This document shows, one piece after another, positions 10,574 to 19,779 of a stretch of DNA of 61,079 nucleotides. The notes under the pieces were generated by a model. That model did no database searches. It was not told where the DNA came from and was given only the letters and a program-made list of their open reading frames with translations. Positions within the stretch are counted from its first letter, which is position 1; each line of letters starts with the position of its first letter. Location: NCBI GenBank assembly GCA_022750455.1, contig JAKIVR010000005.1, forward strand, positions 1 through 61,079, written 5' to 3'. Source of the stretch: Thermoplasmata archaeon. Its GTDB lineage: Archaea; Thermoplasmatota; Thermoplasmata; Lutacidiplasmatales; UBA184. A program made the position numbers and the translations under genes.

Positions 10574-11836
10574 TTACGTCGCGGGGGGCTCCGCGCTCGC
10601 CGAAAGGCCGGGCGCCACCAGCTCCTCGCTCGCGAGTACCTCGGGTCGCTGTTGGATCGGGATCGTGGTCGCGTCCGCCCCTTCGGGGTACAAGTGGCAC
10701 GCGACCCAGTGGTCCCCGGCCAGTCGGAGGAGCGGCGGGTCGACCTTCGAGCAGATCGGCATCACGGCCGGGCACCGCGTGTGGAATCGGCAGCCGGAGG
10801 GCGGGTTCGCCGGGCTCGGTACGTCCCCGGAGAGGATGATCCGCTCGCGGCGGACGTCCGGGTCGGGGATCGGGATCGCGGCGAGGAGCGCCTGGGTGTA
10901 CGGGTGGAGGGGGTGGTTGAACAGCTCCTCGGTGGGCGCGCGCTCGACGACTTTCCCAAGGTACATCACCACCACGTGGCGGGAGATGGCGCGGACGACC
11001 GAGAGGTGGTGGGAGATGAACAGGTACGACAGGTTCAGCTCCGACTGGAGCCGGGTGAGGATGTTCAGGACCTGGGCCTGCACCGAGACGTCCAACGCGC
11101 TCGTCGGCTCGTCCAAGACGATGAACTCGGGACGGAGGGCGAGGGCCCGCGCGATGCCGATGCGCTGCCGTTGGCCACCAGAGAACTCGTGGGGGAAGCG
11201 GTACAGGTGGTCCGGGTTTAGCCCGACCTCCTGCATCAGCTCGGCGACGCGCTCGAACCGCTTCTGTCGGGTCCCCCAGTGGTGGACCAACAGCGGCTCG
11301 GAGACGACGTCGCGGACGAGCATGCGGGGGTTCAGCGAGGAGAATGGGTCCTGGAAGACGATCTGGAGCTTCCCGCGGACGTCGGCAAGCCGGGCGCCCT
11401 TCATCCGATAGATCGAGCTCTGGGTGGCGATCTCGTCGAGCTCCTTCAACAACGCCTCCGCGTTGGCCGGTCGCGTACGCACGGCGCCGCCGTCCTCCTC
11501 CTGGGTCTCGAGCGCGGGGTAGATCTCCTCCATCCGGCGCAGCTGCGCGGAGGTCGGACGGTAGTAGACGTGGCCCGAGGTCGGCTCGGTGAGCCGCAAG
11601 AGGGTCCGGCCGACGGTCGTCTTGCCGCAGCCGCTCTCCCCCACGAGACCGACCGTCTCGCCGACGTGGATGTCGAACGAGACGCCATCGACGGCGCGGA
11701 CGTCGCCGACGTGCCGGGAGAAGACGCCCCCTTGGATCGGGAAGTACTTTCTCAGATTTCGGACGGAGATGATGACGTCGCTGGGGTCGGCGGAGGACGG
11801 CAACGCCGAGGAGGAGGGGGCGGAGGCGGCGGCCAT
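10574..11836 (-). CDS. dppF: Oligo/dipeptide ABC transporter ATPase (OppF/DppF)
   Basis: [25 protein letters not shown] and the HPYT...GCRFHTRCP...VACH tail. Start ATG 11836 overlaps the dppD stop. Confidence 0.92.
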   Translation of the reverse strand: MAAASAPSSSALPSSADPSDVIISVRNLRKYFPIQGGVFSRHVGDVRAVDGVSFDIHVGETVGLVGESGCGKTTVGRTLLRLTEPTSGHVYYRPTSAQLRRMEEIYPALETQEEDGGAVRTRPANAEALLKELDEIATQSSIYRMKGARLADVRGKLQIVFQDPFSSLNPRMLVRDVVSEPLLVHHWGTRQKRFERVAELMQEVGLNPDHLYRFPHEFSGGQRQRIGIARALALRPEFIVLDEPTSALDVSVQAQVLNILTRLQSELNLSYLFISHHLSVVRAISRHVVVMYLGKVVERAPTEELFNHPLHPYTQALLAAIPIPDPDVRRERIILSGDVPSPANPPSGCRFHTRCPAVMPICSKVDPPLLRLAGDHWVACHLYPEGADATTIPIQQRPEVLASEELVAPGLSASAEPPAT

Positions 11837-13443
11837 CAGTTCCTCCGGACGACGGGGCCGTGATACAGGTGGCAGGCGACCGTGTGCTCGGGGCCCTCTT
11901 GCGTCACGGGAGGTCGGATCTCCTTGCAGATCGGCATCGCCTGGGGGCAACGCGGATGGAACCGGCACCCCGGCGGCGGGGTGATCAGGTTCGGCACGGA
12001 GCCGGGGATCGACTCGAGCTTCCGATCGGGGTCGTCGATCCTCGGGATCGACGCGAGCAGTCCTTGGGTATACGGGTGGAGCGGGTGGTGGAAGACGTCC
12101 CGGGTCGTCCCGACCTCCACGATGTTCCCGGCATACATGACACAGAGCCGGTCGGCGACCTCGGCGATGACCCCGAGGTCGTGGGTGATGAGCAGGATCG
12201 CCGTCCCGATACGCTGCTTGAGCTCGCGCATCAGCTCCAGGATCTGCATCTGGACCGTCACGTCGAGCGCCGTGGTCGGCTCGTCGGCGATCAGGAGCTC
12301 GGGCTCGGCGGAAAGCGCCATGGCGATCATGACGCGCTGCAGCATGCCCCCCGACAGTTCGTGCGGGTACCCCCGGGCGACCTGGACCGGGTTCGCGATC
12401 GAGACGCCTTCCAGCAACCGGACCGATTGCCAGACCAGCTCCTCTTCGATGGGCCGGCGGGACCACCCGCGGATCCCCCAGAGCTCGAAGTACGCCGATT
12501 GGAGGATCACCTGGAGGCGCTTGCGTCGGATGGCGCCCCGTCTCGCGTTCTCGAGGCGTCCGTTCTTCATCTCGTCGAAGTAGACGAGTTTGAGCTGCTT
12601 TTGGATCTCTTGGAGACGGCGCTCCCGCTTCAAGTACCGGCGGTGGAACCCGGAGATGCGCAGACGGTCGATCGCGTCCTCGAGGTCGTCCCGCTTCTTG
12701 TCGGGGTTCGGGGCGCCGCGGAAGATGTAGTACGCCTCGGTCCCGACCGACGGGAGGTGGACCGCCTCGCCCAGCGCCCGGCAGGCGACCCGGAGCTTCT
12801 CGCCGTCGCCCGTCCGGGCGGCGACCATCACCGCTTCGACGGCCGGAGCGACCTCGGGGGCGTCCGGGGTCGCCAACAACAGCCCGTCCAACAGCTGGAT
12901 CCCCCGGTGGAGCAGGATCGCCTCCCCGATCTGGTTCGAGATGGAGAAGATCGGGTTCATGGCGCTCATCGGCTCTTGGAAGATCATCGAGATCCCCCCG
13001 CCGCGCACGGAGACGAGCCGTTCCAGGTTCGCCTTAATCTCCCGGAACCGCCGCGTGACCTTGATCCGGTTGCTCTTCGGGATCGGCTTGTACGTCGCCT
13101 CCTTCTCCACGTTCCAGAGCAGGTTGGCGCCCCGGAACCGGATCGTGCCGTCCATGATGCGTCCGGGCGGGTCCGCGATCAATCGGGTCACCGAGAACGC
13201 GGTGACGCTCTTGCCGCACCCCGTCTCCCCGACGAGTCCGAGCGTCTCACCGCGGCGGACGCTGAAGGTGACCCCGTCGAGCGCCTTCACGACGCCGTCG
13301 TAGGTGAAGAAGTACGTTCGGAGGTTCCTCACATCGAGGACGGTGTCCGCGGCGAGGGGCGCCGAGGCCGCGGTGGCCGTCGTCGTATCCGCGGCCAGCT
13401 CCGGGAACGCTTCCCCGGCGGGCTTGGACTCGGCCATGCTCAT
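11836..13443 (-). CDS. dppD: Oligo/dipeptide ABC transporter ATPase (OppD/DppD) with large internal insertions
   Basis: [32 protein letters not shown] and HPYT...GCRFHPRCP. Confidence 0.92.
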   Translation of the reverse strand: MSMAESKPAGEAFPELAADTTTATAASAPLAADTVLDVRNLRTYFFTYDGVVKALDGVTFSVRRGETLGLVGETGCGKSVTAFSVTRLIADPPGRIMDGTIRFRGANLLWNVEKEATYKPIPKSNRIKVTRRFREIKANLERLVSVRGGGISMIFQEPMSAMNPIFSISNQIGEAILLHRGIQLLDGLLLATPDAPEVAPAVEAVMVAARTGDGEKLRVACRALGEAVHLPSVGTEAYYIFRGAPNPDKKRDDLEDAIDRLRISGFHRRYLKRERRLQEIQKQLKLVYFDEMKNGRLENARRGAIRRKRLQVILQSAYFELWGIRGWSRRPIEEELVWQSVRLLEGVSIANPVQVARGYPHELSGGMLQRVMIAMALSAEPELLIADEPTTALDVTVQMQILELMRELKQRIGTAILLITHDLGVIAEVADRLCVMYAGNIVEVGTTRDVFHHPLHPYTQGLLASIPRIDDPDRKLESIPGSVPNLITPPPGCRFHPRCPQAMPICKEIRPPVTQEGPEHTVACHLYHGPVVRRN

Positions 13444-13450
13444 CTCCGGT

Positions 13451-14593
13451 CTACCTCCTCAATCGCGGGTCCAACGCGTCCCGCATGCCGTCCGAGAGGA
13501 AGTTCACGGAGATCGCCAGGAGGAAGACGGCCATCCCCGGCAGCAGAACCTGCCACCACGGGAAGACGCAGTCCGCGCTGGCGGCGACCTCGCAGTACTG
13601 GATGAACGTCCCGACGGACTGCGCCCCAAACGCGGCGATCGATCCCCACTCGGGGAAGTACTGCGTCGGGAAGATCGTCTTGAATCCCAGGAAGACGAGG
13701 GCCCCCAACGCGAGGGGCGTGCTCGCGATGTCGAACGCGATCCCGACGAGCACCGGGAACATCGTGTTCGGGATGATGTGCTTGCGGAGGATGTGGCCGG
13801 TCTTCGCCCCGCTCGCCTTCGCCGCCTCGACATATTTCTGCTCCCGGGTCACCAGGGCGAGTCCCCGGACCTGACGCGCGTACCCCGGCCAGTCGGTGAT
13901 GATGAACGCGAAGAACAGGATGCCGAGACGTGCGTCGAAGCTCGCCAAGGACGGGATACTTCCCGTCACGGCGAGGATCACGATCAAGAGCAGGAGCGAG
14001 GGGATGGTGAGGAAGACGTCGACGACCCGCATCACGATGTCATCCATCACCCCGCCCAGGTACCCGGCGAGAGCCCCGAGGAACAGTCCGATCGAGGCCC
14101 CGGAGACGGCGACGACCGCCGAGATCCCGAGGTCCCACGGCGCGGCCTTGACGAGTCCCTCGAAGAGGTTGAAGAACTGATTGTTCCCCGGCGTCAGGCT
14201 CAACGACCCGAGGGGCAGCCGGCCCAACGTCCACGGACTCACGCTGAACGTAGGCGGAATGACCCCAGGGAACAGCGTGTTCACCGGGTAGCAGTTGGGG
14301 CCGGGGACCGGGGCCGTGCTCGCGTACGTGCAGATCGTGATGATGCCCGGCGACGGGGTCGCGTTGAACCCGTTGCCGGTGAACGTTCCCTGGTACGGCT
14401 GGAGGTAGTCGGAAGGTTGGGAGGTGTAGAACAAGGAGGCGATGGCGACGAACACGAGCAACACCAAGATGCCCAGTCCGATCATCGCGAGCTTGTTCCG
14501 GCGCAGGAAGTAGAACGTCCGCCTCCACTGCGCGATCGTCGGGTTGGGCCGGCGTCCGGTCGGTTTGGCGGCGGGGGCGGGAGAGGCGCTCAT
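13451..14593 (-). CDS. dppC: Oligo/dipeptide ABC permease (OppC/DppC)
   Basis: RRNKLAMIG N-terminus, EAA motif YVEAAKASGA..HILRKHIIPN, C-terminal GMRDALDPR. Confidence 0.92.
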   Translation of the reverse strand: MSASPAPAAKPTGRRPNPTIAQWRRTFYFLRRNKLAMIGLGILVLLVFVAIASLFYTSQPSDYLQPYQGTFTGNGFNATPSPGIITICTYASTAPVPGPNCYPVNTLFPGVIPPTFSVSPWTLGRLPLGSLSLTPGNNQFFNLFEGLVKAAPWDLGISAVVAVSGASIGLFLGALAGYLGGVMDDIVMRVVDVFLTIPSLLLLIVILAVTGSIPSLASFDARLGILFFAFIITDWPGYARQVRGLALVTREQKYVEAAKASGAKTGHILRKHIIPNTMFPVLVGIAFDIASTPLALGALVFLGFKTIFPTQYFPEWGSIAAFGAQSVGTFIQYCEVAASADCVFPWWQVLLPGMAVFLLAISVNFLSDGMRDALDPRLRR

Positions 14594-14600
14594 TGGTCGA

Positions 14601-15770
14601 TCACCCGAGCCTCACCCGGGGGTCGAGGAACGAATAGAGCACGTCCACGATCAGGTTCGCCGCCACGACGATGTACGTGAACACCAACGTCGTGCCGAAG
14701 ATGAGCCCATAATCGAACGGTTGGATGATCGACCGCGTCAGCAACAGCCCGATGCCGTGGAGCTGGAAGACGGTCTCGATGACCGCGAACCCTCCGATAA
14801 ACCCGGCGAACGTGAGCCCCAGGATCGTGATCGTCACCGTGAGACTGTTCCGGCCGGCGTGACGGGCGATGACCACCCGTTCGCTGACCCCCTTCGCTCG
14901 CGCGGTCCGGATGAAATCCTGGTTCATCACCTCGAGCATGGAGCTTCGGACGAACCTGAGCAGGACGCCAATCGATCCGTACGCGATGATGAGCGCCGGC
15001 AGGACCATCCGCTTGACCGACTCCGCGGCGAAGTAGAAGCTACCGTTGTAGAGCGCGTCGACCGTGGGGAACCCGGTGGGGTAGGTTTGCTGGTTGGGCC
15101 CGATCCAACTCGGTAACGCGCCCCCGGCGAAGCAGTGCGGGTCGGGCCAGGAGCCCACCCAGTTCAGGTACGCGAACGAGTTGCCGTTGCAGACCTTGGT
15201 CAGCCCGCCGGAAGCGTCGACGACCCCGTACAGCAGCAACGTGGCGAGAAGGAACCCGGGAATGGCGATCCCACTGAAGGAGACTATACGCGCCGCCTGA
15301 TCGACCGGTCGATTTCGATTCACCGCCGAGAGATTACCTAACGGGATCGAAACGAGCAGGATGATGAGGAGGGAGAACGCCGCGAGCTCCAACGTGTAGG
15401 GGAGATACCAGGAGAGAACCGTCGTGACGGCGATACTCTGACCGGCGAGACCGTAGGAGATGCTCGCTTGACTATTCTTGTCGGTGTTCCCTAAGTTGAG
15501 AGTCAAGCTGTTGTAGACGTACTTCGCCCACTGGTACGGCGGATTGGCACGATACTGGTCGAGGAACTTCTGATACGCCGGAATATTGCACGTCTGGCTC
15601 GCGTTGTCCGCGCACGGCATCGTGAGCCCACCCCTCGGGCTGCCGTTGATGACGACGAACTCCTGTTGGGGGGGCAGCGCCCAGAGCAGGATGAACGTGA
15701 TGGTCATCACGCCGATGACCACCGGAATGACGAGGAGAAGCCGGCGAACTACGAAGATCCAGAGCTTCAC
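14601..15770 (-). CDS. dppB: Oligo/dipeptide ABC permease (OppB/DppB)
   Basis: FVVRRLLL, LPYTLEL, DFIRTARAKG and LYSFLDPRVR. Confidence 0.92.
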   Translation of the reverse strand: MKLWIFVVRRLLLVIPVVIGVMTITFILLWALPPQQEFVVINGSPRGGLTMPCADNASQTCNIPAYQKFLDQYRANPPYQWAKYVYNSLTLNLGNTDKNSQASISYGLAGQSIAVTTVLSWYLPYTLELAAFSLLIILLVSIPLGNLSAVNRNRPVDQAARIVSFSGIAIPGFLLATLLLYGVVDASGGLTKVCNGNSFAYLNWVGSWPDPHCFAGGALPSWIGPNQQTYPTGFPTVDALYNGSFYFAAESVKRMVLPALIIAYGSIGVLLRFVRSSMLEVMNQDFIRTARAKGVSERVVIARHAGRNSLTVTITILGLTFAGFIGGFAVIETVFQLHGIGLLLTRSIIQPFDYGLIFGTTLVFTYIVVAANLIVDVLYSFLDPRVRLG

Positions 15771-15815
15771 TTCAGAATGACTCCGCTGCCCTGCGCAGTG
15801 CCGCGGATTGAGTCA

Positions 15816-15846
15816 GGCCCCTGTATATTAGTACTTTAGTGGGGCC
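15816..15846 (-). promoter_or_regulatory. Promoter of the dppBCDF operon
   Basis: AT-rich island (minus strand TAAAGTACTAATATA) flanked by GGCCCC/GGGGCC, about 55 nt upstream of dppB. Confidence 0.6.
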
Positions 15847-15878
15847 AGATTTGTGGGGGCTCGGGCGCGAGGACCGGG

Positions 15879-16253
15879 TCACAGGAGGGGCAGGGCTCCC
15901 GTGATGGCGTCGACCTCCGCGGCGGGCGCCGGACCGATGCCCAAGCAGGTCCGCGTCCCCGGAGCGACCTCGGTCATCCCCGCGTCCTCCACCCAGACGA
16001 CGGGAAGGTGCCGGGCCAAGGCGCGGCGCCGGAGCTCCTCCATCTCGTTGAGATCGTTCGCGAGGAGGGCGATCTTCTTCTGACCCTGCTGTCGCCAGAC
16101 GGCCACCCATTTCGGATGGGAGACGCGGGTGCTGTCGGCGAGCATCACCGCCGCGTGGGCGGCTTGGACCGCCGTCTTTCCGGCCGTCAGTCGGAGCTCC
16201 CCTCGAAGGACGAGGACCATCTTCACCTCCCCGGGCGTACGATCAGTCGGCAA
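15879..16253 (-). CDS. pth2: Peptidyl-tRNA hydrolase Pth2
   Basis: KMVLVLR..L.LTAGKTAVQAAHA, GQKKIAL and DAGMTEVAPGTRTCLGIGP. Start is TTG 16253 or GTG 16226. Confidence 0.92.
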   Translation of the reverse strand: MPTDRTPGEVKMVLVLRGELRLTAGKTAVQAAHAAVMLADSTRVSHPKWVAVWRQQGQKKIALLANDLNEMEELRRRALARHLPVVWVEDAGMTEVAPGTRTCLGIGPAPAAEVDAITGALPLL

Positions 16254-16776
16254 TCTCCGCCTCTCGTCGCGCCCGAACCTCTCGGGCCTCTTGGTCCAAT
16301 CGGTCCAGATCCTTTCGGCACTCCAGTTCGCGGTCCACATCGCCGCGGGCGGCGTGGAGCGCTCGGCGGGCCCGCACGCGATCCCGTTCGATCCGGTCGA
16401 GGTCTCGGAACGCGGCCGTGATCGACGGTTCCTCCGAGGTGGGCGACCCCCCGGGAGCTCCGTCCCAGGAGAGCCCCCCGCGCAGGGCCGCCACGACGAG
16501 GCCGACCGCCGTCGCCGCCGCCAAAAGGAGCTCCACCGTGGGGGCCGACCACGTCGCCGAGAAGTCGAGAGTGTTGTTCCGGCTGAGGGCGGAGCCGATG
16601 ACGATCGTCAACGAGACGCTCATCAGGAAGCTCAAGGTCAACGTCTCGACCCACCGGATCGAGGCGGACGGTCCCCGCAACGGCCACTCGGGGAACAACG
16701 CGCGGCTCCAGGCGAATCCGGGGAGTACGAAGAGGAGCAGTCCTCCCGCGACCGGTTCGAGAACGTCGAAAACCAT
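16243..16776 (-). CDS. Membrane protein (DUF1616-like N-terminus) with C-terminal coiled coil
   Basis: LFVLPGFAWSRALFP...ETLTLSFLMSV, three TM helices and a charged helical tail. Confidence 0.7.
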   Translation of the reverse strand: MVFDVLEPVAGGLLLFVLPGFAWSRALFPEWPLRGPSASIRWVETLTLSFLMSVSLTIVIGSALSRNNTLDFSATWSAPTVELLLAAATAVGLVVAALRGGLSWDGAPGGSPTSEEPSITAAFRDLDRIERDRVRARRALHAARGDVDRELECRKDLDRLDQEAREVRARREAEIAD

Positions 16777-16788
16777 CCGAACTCCCGG

Positions 16789-18126
16789 TTAGGCGGGGTC
16801 GCCGCCCTGGCCGAGCTGGCGTTCCAACTGTCGCCGGAGCCGACGGTTGCTGGTGATGCCGTGGGCCGCCTTGCGCGTCGCTTCCCAATACTTCAGGAGC
16901 GCCCGGACGTCTTGCGGCCGCTGTCCGCTCCCCCGGGCGATTCGTTGGATCCGGTCTCCCTTGATGAGGTGACCGTCGGACAGCTCTTCCGCCGTCATCG
17001 AGTCCAGGATCGCCCGGAACTTCTTCAGTCGCTCTTGGGTCTCGGCCATCTGCTTGTCGTCCAGCTTGGCGTTGCCCATTCCGGGGAGGAAGGAGAGGAG
17101 TTTGGAGACCGAGCCCATCTGGCCGAGGGATTCGATCTGGGTCCGCATGTCCCGGAGGGTGAACTTGCCGCTGAGCAGGTTCTCCCCGGCTTTCTGCGCC
17201 TCCTCCTGGTTCTCGAGGTCTTGGAACCGCTCGAGGAGGGTCCGGATGTCGCCCATGCCGAGCAGTCGGGAGACGAATCGGGTGGCGTCGAACCGTTCGA
17301 GCTCATCGAGATGTTCGCCGGTACCGATGAAAACGATCGGGGCCCCGCTCGCGGCGACGGCGGAGAGCGCGCCGCCTCCTTTCGCGGAGCCGTCCAGTTT
17401 GGTGACGATGACCCCTGTGAGTCCGACCGCCTCGTGGAACGCTTTCGCGCTCCGTTGGGCCGTCTGCCCCATCGCCGCGTCGAGAACGAGCCAGACCTCG
17501 TCGGGTTGGAAGACCTGTCGCACGCGCTTCAGCTCCTCGATGAGCTCGGCGTCGATCCCGGAGCGACCGGCCGTGTCGACGATGATCGCCTCGCTCGTGC
17601 CGAACTTGACGAGCGCCGCCCGGACGACCTCCTCGGCCTTCGGTTGGCTCCGGTCGGAGTAGATGTCGCACCCGACCTTGGCGGCGAGCTGCTCGAGCTG
17701 GTCGATCGCGGCCGGCCGGTGAACGTCCGCCGCCACGAGAGCCGTCCGCACGCCCTTCTTCTGATAGAAACGGGCGAGCTTGCCGGCGCAGGTCGTCTTG
17801 CCCTGTCCGAAGAGACCGGTGAGGAGGATCCGTCGAGGTTTCACGTCGAGCGTCCGCTCGGCGCCGAGGATCCGCCGGATCTCCTCGTAGATGATGCGGA
17901 CGAGAAAGTCCCGCATCGTCGCGCCGGACGGGGGCTTCTCCTCCGTCGCCCGCCGGCGGACCCGCTGGGTCAGCTCCAGCGCGACCTGCACGTTGACGTC
18001 CGCCTGGAGCAGGGCGCGTTGGATGTCCCGGACGATCTCCGCGAGGAGCGCCTCATCCACGGTGTTGCTCCGGGCGACCTTCTGCAGCACCCCCCGGAGC
18101 GATTTTCCCAGCCCTTCGAGAACCAT
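16789..18126 (-). CDS. srp54: Signal recognition particle protein SRP54
   Basis: ALLQADVN, GLFGQGKTT, DTAGR, TKLDGSAKGGG and M domain RIARGSG. Confidence 0.96.
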   Translation of the reverse strand: MVLEGLGKSLRGVLQKVARSNTVDEALLAEIVRDIQRALLQADVNVQVALELTQRVRRRATEEKPPSGATMRDFLVRIIYEEIRRILGAERTLDVKPRRILLTGLFGQGKTTCAGKLARFYQKKGVRTALVAADVHRPAAIDQLEQLAAKVGCDIYSDRSQPKAEEVVRAALVKFGTSEAIIVDTAGRSGIDAELIEELKRVRQVFQPDEVWLVLDAAMGQTAQRSAKAFHEAVGLTGVIVTKLDGSAKGGGALSAVAASGAPIVFIGTGEHLDELERFDATRFVSRLLGMGDIRTLLERFQDLENQEEAQKAGENLLSGKFTLRDMRTQIESLGQMGSVSKLLSFLPGMGNAKLDDKQMAETQERLKKFRAILDSMTAEELSDGHLIKGDRIQRIARGSGQRPQDVRALLKYWEATRKAAHGITSNRRLRRQLERQLGQGGDPA

Positions 18127-18287
18127 GGAACCCTGGAGAGGAAGTAGGGCGACCCGCCTGCGGCTAGTTATCCTTTCTTCCGAGGGCGTCCGCCGTCGGC
18201 GCCTCGAACCTCGAGCGGCTCGCCGTGCGATGGGGGCTCACGCGGGAAGGCCTATATCGGATTCTCGACGTAGAATGCTTGAGAAAC

Positions 18288-19739
18288 ATGGCGGCCGCGG
18301 TCAAGCCTCCCACCCCCCCCAAACTCAACCCGGTCCGCGTTCCCATCTTCGAAGAAGCGGTCGCAGAGCGCGTCACCGATTTTCGGGAGATCCTCCACGC
18401 CTACTCGCCCGAGGACGCCGTCCTCGAAGGGAAACGTTGCATCCAGTGCCGGCGGCCCTGGTGCGTCGAAGCGTGCCCGATTTCGCAAGACTGCCGGGAG
18501 TACATCCTGAAGTGCGGGGAGCGCGACTTCGATGGCGCCGCGCGGGTCACGCTCGCCGAGAACCCGCTCGCGACCAGCCTGTGCAAGGTCTGCTACCGCT
18601 ACTGCGAGGACTCCTGCGTTGTCAAGAAGAAGGGCGTCCCGATCGCCATCCGTCACCTCAAGCGCGCGTCGCTCGAGCTCGGCCGTTCGGACCTCGCCTA
18701 TGTCCCGTCGGCGCCGATCGACCAGCGGATCGCGATCGTCGGCGGCGGCCCTGCCGGCATGATGGCGGCCTGGGAGCTCGGCATCCGCGGTTACGGGGTC
18801 ACGGTCTTCGAGCAGGACGCTCGGGTCGGCGGTCTGATGCAAACCATCCCTTCGTACCGGATGACCGACGCCGACGTGCAGGCCGACCGGGCCCGATTCC
18901 GGGACCTCGATGTCACGTGGGTCAACGACCGGAAGATCGGACCCGGCGGAACGTCGCCCGAGACGTTGCTCGAGCAGGGGTACGCGGCGGTCGTCATCAC
19001 GATCGGTACCTCGGCCCACCGCTCCCTCCAGGTCGCGGGTGAGGATCTGGACGGGGTCTTCCCGGCCCTTCCGTTCCTGAAGGCGATCAACCAGGGCACG
19101 AAGGTGCCGCTCGGTCGCAAGATCGTCGTGATCGGAGGCGGGGACGTGGCGATGGATTCGATCCGTAGCGCGATCCGGCTCTCCGAGGCCCGGGATGTGA
19201 CGTTGATCTACCGGCGCAGCCGGGAGGAGATGCCCGCCGACCATGAGGAGCTCCACGGAGCCGAAGAGGAGGGGATCCACTTCCTCTTCCAGCGGGCCCC
19301 CGTGAAGATCGTCGGGACCGGTCACGTGGAAGGCGTCGTCGTCCAGACGATCGAGCTGGGCCCCCCCGACGCCAGCGGCCGCCGTTCCCCGGTCCCGGTC
19401 GCCGGATCGGAGACCACTGTCCGGTGTGACACGGTGATCGTGGCGGTCGGCCAGAAAGCGGACCTGGCCGGCTTCTCTCCGTCGCTCCAGTTGAAGATCA
19501 CTACGCAAGGATGGCCCGAAGGCGCCGGCGAAGGTTTCTCCACCGCGGTCCCCGGGGTCTTTGCCGCGGGAGGGCGCTCCGTGGTGTACGCGATGGGCGC
19601 GGCGACGAAGGCCGCGGACGCCGTGGACCAGTACCTGCGCTCCAAGCGCGGACTCGCCCCGGCCCCTCGACCGGACCCGTGGGGCGGGGCCACGACCTAT
19701 CATCTCCCCGAGGGATACACGAAGCCGATCCGCGTCTGA
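18288..19739 (+). CDS. GltD/SudA/NfnB-like FAD/NAD(P) oxidoreductase with N-terminal Fe-S domain
   Basis: RCIQCRRPWCVEACP, CKVCYRYCEDSC, GGGPAG, GGGDVAMD and YRRSREEMPA. CTATAT box upstream. Confidence 0.88.
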   Translation: MAAAVKPPTPPKLNPVRVPIFEEAVAERVTDFREILHAYSPEDAVLEGKRCIQCRRPWCVEACPISQDCREYILKCGERDFDGAARVTLAENPLATSLCKVCYRYCEDSCVVKKKGVPIAIRHLKRASLELGRSDLAYVPSAPIDQRIAIVGGGPAGMMAAWELGIRGYGVTVFEQDARVGGLMQTIPSYRMTDADVQADRARFRDLDVTWVNDRKIGPGGTSPETLLEQGYAAVVITIGTSAHRSLQVAGEDLDGVFPALPFLKAINQGTKVPLGRKIVVIGGGDVAMDSIRSAIRLSEARDVTLIYRRSREEMPADHEELHGAEEEGIHFLFQRAPVKIVGTGHVEGVVVQTIELGPPDASGRRSPVPVAGSETTVRCDTVIVAVGQKADLAGFSPSLQLKITTQGWPEGAGEGFSTAVPGVFAAGGRSVVYAMGAATKAADAVDQYLRSKRGLAPAPRPDPWGGATTYHLPEGYTKPIRV

Positions 19740-19779
19740 CCCGACCCAGAAGGCTGATACTCCGCCACCGGTGTGTACT

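Noticed and set aside
12440-12900. Intein in DppD
   Set aside because: No C/S start, no HN-C/S/T end and no LAGLIDADG motifs.
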